Source: an uncultured Alphaproteobacteria bacterium
Lineage (GTDB): Bacteria; Pseudomonadota; Alphaproteobacteria; HIMB59; GCA-002718135
Assembly (NCBI GenBank): GCA_902585605.1
Contig: CACIED010000002.1
Span: 3,415 to 67,414 of the forward strand
Length of the DNA stretch: 64,000 bases
Reading direction: 5' to 3'
Shown here: one piece after another, positions 48,047 through 56,696 of the stretch
How positions within the stretch are numbered: position 1 is the first letter of the stretch
Layout of the letters: each line of letters begins with the position of its first letter
Made by a program: the position numbers and the translations under genes
The notes under the pieces: model-generated
Databases searched by the model: none
Seen by the model: only the letters and a program-made list of their open reading frames with translations
Told to the model about the DNA's origin: nothing

Positions 48047-49405
48047 TTAGCCTCGTTCGAAATATCTTCGTAATTGCCAATCATTAACTGAACCATCATA
48101 ATCTTTTTGCTCCCATTCAGCAGCATGGATATAATGATCTAGTACATCTTGTGGAAATATCTCTTTTAAAAATTTTGATTTTTTAGCAAGTTGGATTGCT
48201 TCGTTAAGTGTTTTAGGAACTTCATTTACTTTTTTCTCATAAATATTCCCTGAATAAGGTTTATCTAATTTAAGTTTATTTTTAATACCGTGTAAACCAG
48301 CACCAACTAAAGCTGCAAAAGAAAGATAAGGATTAACATCCGCTCCTGGGACTCGACATTCAATTCTTATGGATGATCCATGGCCAGCTAATCTAAACCC
48401 AGCAGTACGATTATCAATGCCCCAAACAGATTTTGTAGGAGCAAAAGATCCATCTTGAAATCTTTTATAAGAATTAATATTTGGTGCTAAAAAAATTGAT
48501 ATATCGGGCAATAATTTAATTTGTCCAGCGAGATAACTTTTAAAAATATCAGACATTCCATATTTATCTTTAGGGTTATAAAAAATATTTTTCTTTGTTT
48601 TCTTATCGAATAAAGAGTTATGAATATGACATGAACTTCCACAAACTTCTTTGTTATATTTAGCCATAAATGTTACAGCTTTGTTATGTTTATAAGCAAT
48701 TTCTTTTGTCGCATTTTTAATTAAAATATGATTGTCAGCCATGTTTAATGCATCGGAAAAAACAACATTGATTTCTTCTTGTCCTGGAGCAGCTTCACCC
48801 TTTGAACATTCTACATAAATTCCACTATCTAAAAGAGAATTTCTTAATTCCTGCATCACATCCTCTTCTTTTGTAGTTTGGAAAATCATATAATCTTCAA
48901 TGTACCAAGAAGACTCTTTGAGTTTTGTATAATTATTATTATGAATTTCCTCGTAAGTTTGATTAAAAAGAAAAAATTCTAATTCTGAACCAACCATTGA
49001 TTGAAATCCCATTTTGTTTGCTTTAGCTAAGACATCTTTAAGTATTTGTCTTGTTGAATGAATTAGTGGTTTTTTCCCTGAGTGATCTAAACAATCGCAC
49101 ATTACTAATGCAGTTTTATTTAACCATTTAGCAATTTTTATTGTTTTGAGATCTGGAATTACAGTCATATCTCCATAGCCAGTTTCCCATGAGGAAGATT
49201 TATAACCTGGCACAGTAAACATATCCATATCTACAGTATAAAGATAATCGCACATATGAGTTTCTTTATAAACATAATCAATGAATGCTTTACCGGTAAC
49301 TCTTTTGCCATTCAAACGTCCTTGCATATCAGATACACAGACTAAAACTGTATCAATTTCGTTATTTTTAATTAACGTTTTTAATTTACTAAAACTTATG
49401 CTCAT
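48047..49405 (-). CDS. Glutamine synthetase-like gamma-glutamyl-amine ligase
   Basis: DMQGRLNGKR, GSELEFF, KGEAAPGQEEIN, GSSCHIH, SYKRF, DNRT and RIECR.PGAD.NPY. Confidence 0.85.
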   Translation of the reverse strand: MSISFSKLKTLIKNNEIDTVLVCVSDMQGRLNGKRVTGKAFIDYVYKETHMCDYLYTVDMDMFTVPGYKSSSWETGYGDMTVIPDLKTIKIAKWLNKTALVMCDCLDHSGKKPLIHSTRQILKDVLAKANKMGFQSMVGSELEFFLFNQTYEEIHNNNYTKLKESSWYIEDYMIFQTTKEEDVMQELRNSLLDSGIYVECSKGEAAPGQEEINVVFSDALNMADNHILIKNATKEIAYKHNKAVTFMAKYNKEVCGSSCHIHNSLFDKKTKKNIFYNPKDKYGMSDIFKSYLAGQIKLLPDISIFLAPNINSYKRFQDGSFAPTKSVWGIDNRTAGFRLAGHGSSIRIECRVPGADVNPYLSFAALVGAGLHGIKNKLKLDKPYSGNIYEKKVNEVPKTLNEAIQLAKKSKFLKEIFPQDVLDHYIHAAEWEQKDYDGSVNDWQLRRYFERG

Positions 49406-49505
49406 CTTTAATTAATCTTTAAATATCCATACCAAATAAACTTAATTAATCAGCAATTATATCGATAATCTATAAATAAGAATGAGTAATAAACAATAAA
49501 AATTG

Positions 49506-50639
49506 TTATTTATAAATTTCTTTTTTCCATCTTTTATTAATATTTAAGAAATTTTGTTCCCAATATTTATGATTTATAAATAATTGATACTTAAAATTAT
49601 TTTTTTTTATAGGAAAAAATTCGTAAACTTTACTTTCATCTGTATTTGAAGATTTAAAGTACTCATCATAGTAAATAATATTTGTTTTCTTCCAAGAACT
49701 ATAAGGGATTTCTTTTAAAAAACTTAATTCAATTTTGGGAGAGGAAATAAATTTTAAAAATTCTAAAGCTTCATCAATTTTTTGTGAATTATTATTTATA
49801 GCATAAAATTCATAATCTATTATTTGATTATTCCAAACTTGTTGTAAATTATAATTATTATTAATTTGATTTTCATAAAATCTGTTACTCCAACCTGTCG
49901 ACATTACAACTTTACCTGTTTTTAAAAGTTCTGAGGGCTCACTTCCACTTTTCCAGAATACACACCCTCCTTTAGGATGATTACATAAATTTTTAATTTT
50001 TTTGAATGCTCTGTTAATAGCGCCAGTTTGATTTTGTAAAACTTGATAAACACCTTTTTCACTAATTCCATCAGCCATTAAAGCAAATTCAATGTTTGTT
50101 TTTGGTAAATAATAAAGTCCTCTTTTTCCTGGAAATTTTTCAACATCAAAAAAATCTTCAGCAGAGCTAGGTTTAGAATTTATAAAACTTGGTGAATTAA
50201 ACGCAAAGTTCCATGAAAATAATATGTTTCCAGCTAAACAATCACTTAAAACTGGAGCGAGATAATCTTTATTTAAAGGTACAGAGTTAGATTTTGATTT
50301 TAAATCTTTGTTTAAATCAAATTTATATAAGGCTCCATTTTCACAATTAGTTTCTATTTCATTAAGAGAAAATCTGCTTCCTATTAATAAATCTAGAATA
50401 TCTACAGATAAATTTTTAGTATCTTTTTTTATTATATCTTGAATTTTTAATGTTGGATTATCTGACCAGCTTATCCAATTAATTTGAGTCCCACCTTGTT
50501 GTGTATATGAATCTCCTAGCGCAGATTTTTGAACACTTTGATATTTTCCACCCCAAGACATAACTGTGACTTCACTTCTCAAATTAAATGAAAAAAAAAT
50601 TATGAATAATGAGGAAATAAATATTACAATTTTATACAT
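49506..50639 (-). CDS. Diverged PotD/PotF-family substrate-binding protein, paralog of 55473-56582
   Basis: SWGG, GNILFSWN, DFFD.EKFPGKR, ALMADG, LCN.P.GGC.FW and VMSTGW, all collinear with the downstream SBP. Confidence 0.85.
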   Translation of the reverse strand: MYKIVIFISSLFIIFFSFNLRSEVTVMSWGGKYQSVQKSALGDSYTQQGGTQINWISWSDNPTLKIQDIIKKDTKNLSVDILDLLIGSRFSLNEIETNCENGALYKFDLNKDLKSKSNSVPLNKDYLAPVLSDCLAGNILFSWNFAFNSPSFINSKPSSAEDFFDVEKFPGKRGLYYLPKTNIEFALMADGISEKGVYQVLQNQTGAINRAFKKIKNLCNHPKGGCVFWKSGSEPSELLKTGKVVMSTGWSNRFYENQINNNYNLQQVWNNQIIDYEFYAINNNSQKIDEALEFLKFISSPKIELSFLKEIPYSSWKKTNIIYYDEYFKSSNTDESKVYEFFPIKKNNFKYQLFINHKYWEQNFLNINKRWKKEIYK

Positions 50640-50681
50640 AGTTTAGTAAATTATTTTATACATCTAATTAATTTAAATTAT

Positions 50682-51440
50682 ATGAAATTTAATAAAATTT
50701 TACTATTCATTATTATTATTATTTCCAATTATTCTATTGCTGATAATATTTTTGAACCAAATCAATTACCTAATATTGAAATAATTGAAAATAAAAATAT
50801 TGAAATTGACCAGAAATATAAAAATAAATTATCCATACTTCATAAAAATAGATTTTTTGTAATGTATAGTAATCAAAATTTATTACAAAATAATATTAAA
50901 TGTCAAAGTATTGAAATAAATGAGTACATTGAAAATTTTAAAATATTATTAAATGAATTAGATAGATATAAATTAGAATTTTTTAAACAAATTGATTTTA
51001 ACTATTTAGTGCTATGTAGTAATCTACAGTTGGAAAATTATTATACTGCCGGAATTCCAAATAATAAAGTCTCAACATTAATTTTTGATATTGCTCTAGA
51101 TAAGAACATGATTGCTCGTTCTATTCATCATGAAATATTTCATATGATTAAACAAAATAAAAAAAATAAAAAAATTGATAATTTATATGCAAATATAAAT
51201 GATAAAGGATTCAATTATGAAGATTGTTCTGTTTGTTCAAATAATTTAGATATTACATTTACGAATCAACTAAATGGATTTGTTAGTTCCTATGCCAGTA
51301 ATACTTTAGAAGAAGATCAAGCTGAATTATATGCTGCAATTATGACAATAGATAATTTTGATGATTTTTATATTAACGACGACAGAATAATTAAAAAGAA
51401 AAAATTAGTTGAAAATTATTATCTTAAATTTTTAAAATGA
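50682..51440 (+). CDS. Exported putative zinc metallopeptidase (HExxH)
   Basis: Signal peptide, IHHEIFH, GFVSSYA and EEDQAE. Confidence 0.6.
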   Translation: MKFNKILLFIIIIISNYSIADNIFEPNQLPNIEIIENKNIEIDQKYKNKLSILHKNRFFVMYSNQNLLQNNIKCQSIEINEYIENFKILLNELDRYKLEFFKQIDFNYLVLCSNLQLENYYTAGIPNNKVSTLIFDIALDKNMIARSIHHEIFHMIKQNKKNKKIDNLYANINDKGFNYEDCSVCSNNLDITFTNQLNGFVSSYASNTLEEDQAELYAAIMTIDNFDDFYINDDRIIKKKKLVENYYLKFLK

Positions 51441-52075
51441 ATAAAAAAAAATACTTACCTAATTTATCTGAAGTTATTTTGTATATTTTTTTTTTATTAT
51501 TTCTTGGATTATGCCTATTATTTTATTTCAATGTTAGTAATAAATGCAGAAATACAAAAGACTTTGATTTTGGTTCAATAAATAAAAATAAAACGTACGC
51601 TGTATTAATGATAGATTGTGGTGAAATTGTAATTGAAATAAATAATAATGTTTCTCCAAATAATTCTAAACGTTTTTTAAAATTAATTGCAAGTAAAGAA
51701 TACGTGGATAGCTATTTTTATAAAGTTAAAGAAAATAAATTAGTTGAAGCAGGTGATTTAAAATATGGGAAAATTGAAAATTTAGATTATTTAAAAATTG
51801 GAACAGGAGGATCTGAGTATAATAATCTAAATTCAGAATTAAGTGAAAACTTTGATTTCACAAAAGGATCTGTGGGTATGGTAAGAAGAGGTAAATTTGA
51901 TACTGAGAATTCACAATTTTTTATTTTAATAGAAAATCAAAAATCATTTAATTTGCAATATACTCCTATTGGAAAAGTAATAAGTGATTTAGAAATTTTA
52001 AAAACTATCAAAAGTGGTGATACAACATTTGTTCTAAGACCAGATAAAATATTGGATAGCTATCGAATTAATTAA
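51437..52075 (+). CDS. Membrane-anchored cyclophilin-like protein with degenerate active site
   Basis: N-terminal TM segment, GDLKYG, GTGGS, GSVGM.R and NSQFFI. FYKVK replaces FHRVI. Confidence 0.75.
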   Translation: MNKKKYLPNLSEVILYIFFLLFLGLCLLFYFNVSNKCRNTKDFDFGSINKNKTYAVLMIDCGEIVIEINNNVSPNNSKRFLKLIASKEYVDSYFYKVKENKLVEAGDLKYGKIENLDYLKIGTGGSEYNNLNSELSENFDFTKGSVGMVRRGKFDTENSQFFILIENQKSFNLQYTPIGKVISDLEILKTIKSGDTTFVLRPDKILDSYRIN

Positions 52076-53315
52076 AACGATTAGGGCTTAAAAATTCAAA
52101 ATCTTTATTTTTTTTATCTTCAATTATGTTCAAAACAATTTCACCAGAAATAGTTGCTAAGGTTAATCCTAAATGTTGATGACCAAAATTGTAGATAATA
52201 TTTTCATTATTTTTTGATTTACCAACAACAGGTAATGAATCTGGTAAAGTTGGTCTATAACCTAACCAAACACTATTTGGGTCATTATTTATATTGAAAT
52301 TTGAAATGGTATTTTTATGCATCCAATTTATTCTTTTTTTATTTATACTATTATCATTGATACCAATTTCTACTGTTCCAGCAGCTCTTAACCCTTCTTC
52401 CATAGGAATATAATACATACCTTGGTTGACCACACTAATAGGTCTTGAAATAATATTTTTGCAATTGTTATACATAAGATGATATCCCCTTTCTGAAATC
52501 ATAGGAAAAGTTTCACCTAACATATTAGTTAATTTGTTTGAAAATGCACCAGTACAAATAATTAATTTATCAAATTTATAGCTATCATTTAAATTATCTT
52601 GAATTATAATTTCATTTTTTTCATTTTTTATTTTGATAATTTTCTTATTAAAAAATTTACCATTATTTTTTAAAAACTCTTCATATATTTTATTTACAAA
52701 TTTTAGAGGATCAGTAGTAAATTTAGAACCTTTAAATAATATTCCGCGATAAAAATTTTTATTTAGATTAGGTTCTATATCTTTAATTTGTCTTGAAGAG
52801 ATATCAATTAAATCAATATTTTTAGATTTTCTTAAATCATTATTTTTTTTATCTTTCAAAAAATCTTTTTCAGTTTCATATAAATATAATGTTTCATGAT
52901 TATTAATCAAACTTCCAAAGTTAATTTCATTGAAAAGTTTATTGTTTGCAGTAGAAGCCATTTTCAAAATAATAGATAATTGAGTAATAATATGATTAAT
53001 TTGTTCTTTGGAACAATTTTGTAAAAATTTAATTAACCAAGGATAAATTGAAAATAAATTTTTCCATTGTATTGATAAAGGTGAACTATTTGAAAAAAGT
53101 AAGAATGGTAATTTCTTAAAAATATCTTCACTATTTATGGGTATGCAAGCATAATGTGCGAATGTTCCCGCATTTCCCATTGAAGTTTGGGTACCAGGAA
53201 GATTTTCATCAAACAAGCTTACGGAATAATTTTTTTTTTTTAAAGTATAGGCAGTTAATGTTCCTATTACACCTGATCCAATCACTCCTATTGTTAGGGG
53301 TGTATTTTTATTCAT
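52068..53315 (-). CDS. FAD-dependent oxidoreductase, DadA/DAO family
   Basis: GSGVIG, TSMGNAG, RGYH, AGTVE, W.G.RPTLPDSLPV.G and FGHQHLGLT. Confidence 0.88.
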   Translation of the reverse strand: MNKNTPLTIGVIGSGVIGTLTAYTLKKKNYSVSLFDENLPGTQTSMGNAGTFAHYACIPINSEDIFKKLPFLLFSNSSPLSIQWKNLFSIYPWLIKFLQNCSKEQINHIITQLSIILKMASTANNKLFNEINFGSLINNHETLYLYETEKDFLKDKKNNDLRKSKNIDLIDISSRQIKDIEPNLNKNFYRGILFKGSKFTTDPLKFVNKIYEEFLKNNGKFFNKKIIKIKNEKNEIIIQDNLNDSYKFDKLIICTGAFSNKLTNMLGETFPMISERGYHLMYNNCKNIISRPISVVNQGMYYIPMEEGLRAAGTVEIGINDNSINKKRINWMHKNTISNFNINNDPNSVWLGYRPTLPDSLPVVGKSKNNENIIYNFGHQHLGLTLATISGEIVLNIIEDKKNKDFEFLSPNRFN

Positions 53316-54172
53316 TATCTAGGCTGTATACCTCTTAATCTTTCAGATCTTCTTCTAAGAATTTCCATCAAAACCAAAATTATAATTGAACCAGCAATTA
53401 GACAAGTCGCTACTGAGAGTATAGTTGGGCTCAATTGTTCTCGTAAACCAGTCCACATCTGTATTGGAACAGTTGTTTGATCGGGCCCTGCTAAAAATAA
53501 CACTACGACAACCTCATCAAATGAAGTTACAAATGCAAATAAAGCTCCAGATATTACTCCTGGTGTAATTAATGGTAAAATGACTTTAAAAAAAGTGTAC
53601 ATTGGTGAACTACCTAAACTTGATGCAGCTCTTGTTAAGCTATGATCAAAACTACTTAGAGTTGCAGTAACGGTTATAACTACAAATGGTGTTCCTAAAA
53701 TAATATGAGAAATTATAATTCCTAGCATTGATGAAGACAGACCTATTTTTGCTAAAAAGAAGAAAAGTGCTGATCCAGAAATAATTAAAGGCACTACCAT
53801 TGGAGAAATTAGTATACTCATAATCAGTGCCTTATATGGCATGTACTTAGAGCTTAGACCGAGTGCTGCAAGAGTTCCAAGGGTAGTTGCTCCAATTGTA
53901 GCAAATATACCTATCACAAGACTATTTTTAAATGCTAATCCCCATGGATTTTTAGTACCATAAACCATATCTTCATACCAACGAAGAGAAAAAGCTTCAG
54001 GTTTTAATGCTAACATATCATCTGAAAAATGAATATATTGCTCAGCGTTAAAAGATAATGGAACAATAACAAACAATGGTGCAATTAAAAAAAAGAACAC
54101 TAATCCACAAATAGTAAGGTATGTGTAATGCCAAATTTTATATCTTAATTCAGTATGTTTATTTATTGCCAT
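53315..54172 (-). CDS. potC: Polyamine/opine/osmolyte-type ABC permease (PotC-like)
   Basis: FSLRWY, SPMVVP, HIILGTPFV and SFDEVVV. Confidence 0.85.
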   Translation of the reverse strand: MAINKHTELRYKIWHYTYLTICGLVFFFLIAPLFVIVPLSFNAEQYIHFSDDMLALKPEAFSLRWYEDMVYGTKNPWGLAFKNSLVIGIFATIGATTLGTLAALGLSSKYMPYKALIMSILISPMVVPLIISGSALFFFLAKIGLSSSMLGIIISHIILGTPFVVITVTATLSSFDHSLTRAASSLGSSPMYTFFKVILPLITPGVISGALFAFVTSFDEVVVVLFLAGPDQTTVPIQMWTGLREQLSPTILSVATCLIAGSIIILVLMEILRRRSERLRGIQPR

Positions 54173-54175
54173 TTA

Positions 54176-55417
54176 TTATCCAAGTTTAATATTATCAATT
54201 CCTAATATTTTGTTATACAACCAATAAAGAACTAAAACTGATACTAAAAGCATTGTACCCATTGCTGAAGCCATAGACCAATCTAAAGTTTCTTTCATAT
54301 GATATGCAATACGATTACTTATTAAAGTACCACTTGCACCTCCAACAAGTGCTGGGGTAATATAATATCCAATAGCTAATATAAAAACTAAAAGAGAACC
54401 CGCACCAATACCTGGATAAGTTAAAGGAAAATATATTTTTCTAAATGAATGAAATGGTGTTCCACCCAAAGAACTGCCAGCTCTCATCAATGACGGAGGA
54501 ATAGTTTTCATCACACTGTAAAGTGGTAAAACCATAAAAGGTAATAAAATTTGTGTCATTGCAACAAATGTACCTGTCATATTGTACATTAACTCGAGAC
54601 GAGATTTATCTCCCACTATTTTAAAATAAACCAGTATATCATTTAGCACTCCCTGCTGTTGTAATAAAATCATCCAACTTGAAGTTCTGACAAGTAATGA
54701 TGTCCAAAACGGTAAAAGTACGCAAATCAAAAGTAAATTTGAGTACCTAAGAGGTAAAGTAGATAATAAATGAGCAATTGGATAGGCCAATAACAAACAA
54801 CAAATTGTTACACCTAATGCTACATAAAATGTTCTATACCATAGAGTTCGATGTATTCTCCTTTTTTCAGGTTTCTGAATTATTTCTCCACTGTAATTTT
54901 TCTCAAGATCGACAGATCCTAAATATTTATCAATTGTGTATTTTGGCATAGCTACTTTCATAGCTTGCCAATATTCGATATCTCCCCATTTTTTATTTAA
55001 ATCAATAAATTGATCCTTATAATTTTCATCTTCAAAGTTTTTTAATTTTCTTCTAGTTTTGTTTATCAAACTTTTAAAACCATTTTTTGCATAATTTAGT
55101 CTTGTTGATACTTTACCTGAAAGTTTTTGTTTATGTGCCTCATTCAAATCAAGATAAAATGTTTTGTAAATATCTTCAGAAGGCATTTCGTTACCTTCCC
55201 AATTTGAAAGAGCTATTGCAGTTTGAGGTAATAGATCTGAAATTAATCTGTTATCAACACTTCTAGTTAATAAATTTAGTATTGGCCAAACATAAGCAAC
55301 AATCAAAAATAAAAGTAAGGGTAATACTAATAAAAAAGCTCTGAATTTATTTTTTTGTTCAACTTTTTTCAGGCTTTTTTCAAGAGGTAAGCCTTCTGTT
55401 GTTAAAATTATTGACAT
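54176..55417 (-). CDS. potB: Polyamine/opine/osmolyte-type ABC permease (PotB-like) with large periplasmic insertion
   Basis: PFWTS.LVR, LPFMVLPLY and GYYITPALVGG. Confidence 0.85.
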   Translation of the reverse strand: MSIILTTEGLPLEKSLKKVEQKNKFRAFLLVLPLLLFLIVAYVWPILNLLTRSVDNRLISDLLPQTAIALSNWEGNEMPSEDIYKTFYLDLNEAHKQKLSGKVSTRLNYAKNGFKSLINKTRRKLKNFEDENYKDQFIDLNKKWGDIEYWQAMKVAMPKYTIDKYLGSVDLEKNYSGEIIQKPEKRRIHRTLWYRTFYVALGVTICCLLLAYPIAHLLSTLPLRYSNLLLICVLLPFWTSLLVRTSSWMILLQQQGVLNDILVYFKIVGDKSRLELMYNMTGTFVAMTQILLPFMVLPLYSVMKTIPPSLMRAGSSLGGTPFHSFRKIYFPLTYPGIGAGSLLVFILAIGYYITPALVGGASGTLISNRIAYHMKETLDWSMASAMGTMLLVSVLVLYWLYNKILGIDNIKLG

Positions 55418-55429
55418 TTAATTTTAAAA

Positions 55430-55459
55430 TTAAGGGCAAGTCTAACAACTTGCCCTTAA
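55430..55459 (-). terminator. Stem-loop downstream of the PotD-like SBP gene
   Basis: 12-bp perfect stem TTAAGGGCAAGT/ACTTGCCCTTAA, 6-nt loop, short T-run on the minus strand. Confidence 0.7.
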
Positions 55460-55472
55460 AAAATATATTATA

Positions 55473-56582
55473 TTATAGTGAAGCTTTGAAAGCTTCCCAA
55501 GCTTCTCCAACCTCTACTTCATTATCAGCCCAATACTCAGGATTCATTAAAATATAGTTCTTAGTATTGTCTGGAGCTGTAGGCATTTGCGGTAACATTG
55601 CTGTTTTACCATCCTTATACCAAGGCTCGTTAGCTTCAATGATATCTAATGACGAAATTCTGAATGGTGCGTAAGCAATATACTTTGCACTTCCAGCTAG
55701 ACCTTCAGTACCAGTAAAGTACTTCAATGCTTCCATTGCTTCTTCAGGGTTAGGACCGTTAGCAACTAGACCGAAATATTCATAATCTAATACCTGACCA
55801 TCCCAAACTTGTTCAATTGTAGTACCTTCGCCTACAATTGCGTTGAAGAAACGTCCATTCCAACCAGTAGACATTACAACTTCACCTGAAGCTAAAAATT
55901 CTGGTGGCTGAGCACCAGCACTCCAGAAAATACATCCACCACTTGGATCATTACATAGAGTTTCGAATTTTCCAATTGCTCTGTCTAAAGCACCAGTTTG
56001 GTTTTCCAAAACATCATAAACACCTCCAGCACTGACACCATCAGCAACTAAAGCTATTTCTAAGTTTGACATAGCTCCAGTGTAAATTGATCTTTTGCCA
56101 GGGAATTTTTCAGTGTCAAAGAAATCACCAATTGTGCTTGGCATTGAATCAGCACCTGGAAATGCATTTGGATTGTAAGCATAGTTCCAAGAATAAAGAA
56201 TATTACCTACTGCACAATCACTTGGCATAGGAGCAAAGAAATCTTCACTTGCTGGTGTTCCATCAGGAGCTGCAGGGAAATCTTTGTCAAAATCGAATTC
56301 AACAAGTAATCCTTCGTCACATCCTGTAATAGTATCTTTCGCAAATAAATCTACGATATCATAAGTGATATTTCCAGCTTCAGCTTGAGCTCTAACTTCA
56401 CTTAAACCTCCAGAATAATCAATCCAATTTAGTTTGATGCCTGTTTTAGCTGTAAAAGGATCACCGTAACCTAATTTTTGACTTTCAGTATAAGCTCCAC
56501 CCCAAGATACAACATTTACTTCCGCAGTTGCAAAAGGAGCAAAGAATACAGAAACTAATGCCGTAATTAGCATTTTTTTCAT
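55473..56582 (-). CDS. potD: PotD/PotF-family ABC substrate-binding protein (substrate uncertain)
   Basis: Signal peptide, VSWGGAY, DFFD.EKFPGKR and GWNGR. ATG 56582 follows SD GGAGGA (56586-56591), so the track start at 56648 is too far upstream. Confidence 0.88.
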   Translation of the reverse strand: MKKMLITALVSVFFAPFATAEVNVVSWGGAYTESQKLGYGDPFTAKTGIKLNWIDYSGGLSEVRAQAEAGNITYDIVDLFAKDTITGCDEGLLVEFDFDKDFPAAPDGTPASEDFFAPMPSDCAVGNILYSWNYAYNPNAFPGADSMPSTIGDFFDTEKFPGKRSIYTGAMSNLEIALVADGVSAGGVYDVLENQTGALDRAIGKFETLCNDPSGGCIFWSAGAQPPEFLASGEVVMSTGWNGRFFNAIVGEGTTIEQVWDGQVLDYEYFGLVANGPNPEEAMEALKYFTGTEGLAGSAKYIAYAPFRISSLDIIEANEPWYKDGKTAMLPQMPTAPDNTKNYILMNPEYWADNEVEVGEAWEAFKASL

Positions 56583-56614
56583 AAGTCCTCCATTTTGTTT
56601 ATTAATTAATAAAT

Positions 56615-56640
56615 GACTCCCAAATAACATGATGGGAGTT
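56615..56640 (-). other. Hairpin in the potA-potD intergenic region
   Basis: 7-bp arms ACTCCCA/TGGGAGT with a 10-nt loop. Confidence 0.4.
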
Positions 56641-56696
56641 GTATGCAAATTAAAAAAAAGAAAAATATGTTAAAAAAGCCTGATTTTCAGTAATTT

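Noticed and set aside
48047-49405. Housekeeping glutamine synthetase GlnA
   Set aside because: The motifs and the ALDH/Fe-ADH context fit the gamma-glutamyl-amine ligase subgroup, and there is no glnB/glnK/ntr neighbour.
2073-56648. Longer track starts for PPIase (2091), RidA (2073), clpA (6014), SBP (12861), aglK (21128) and potD (56648)
   Set aside because: Downstream starts fit SD position, stop/start coupling or the family N-terminus better.
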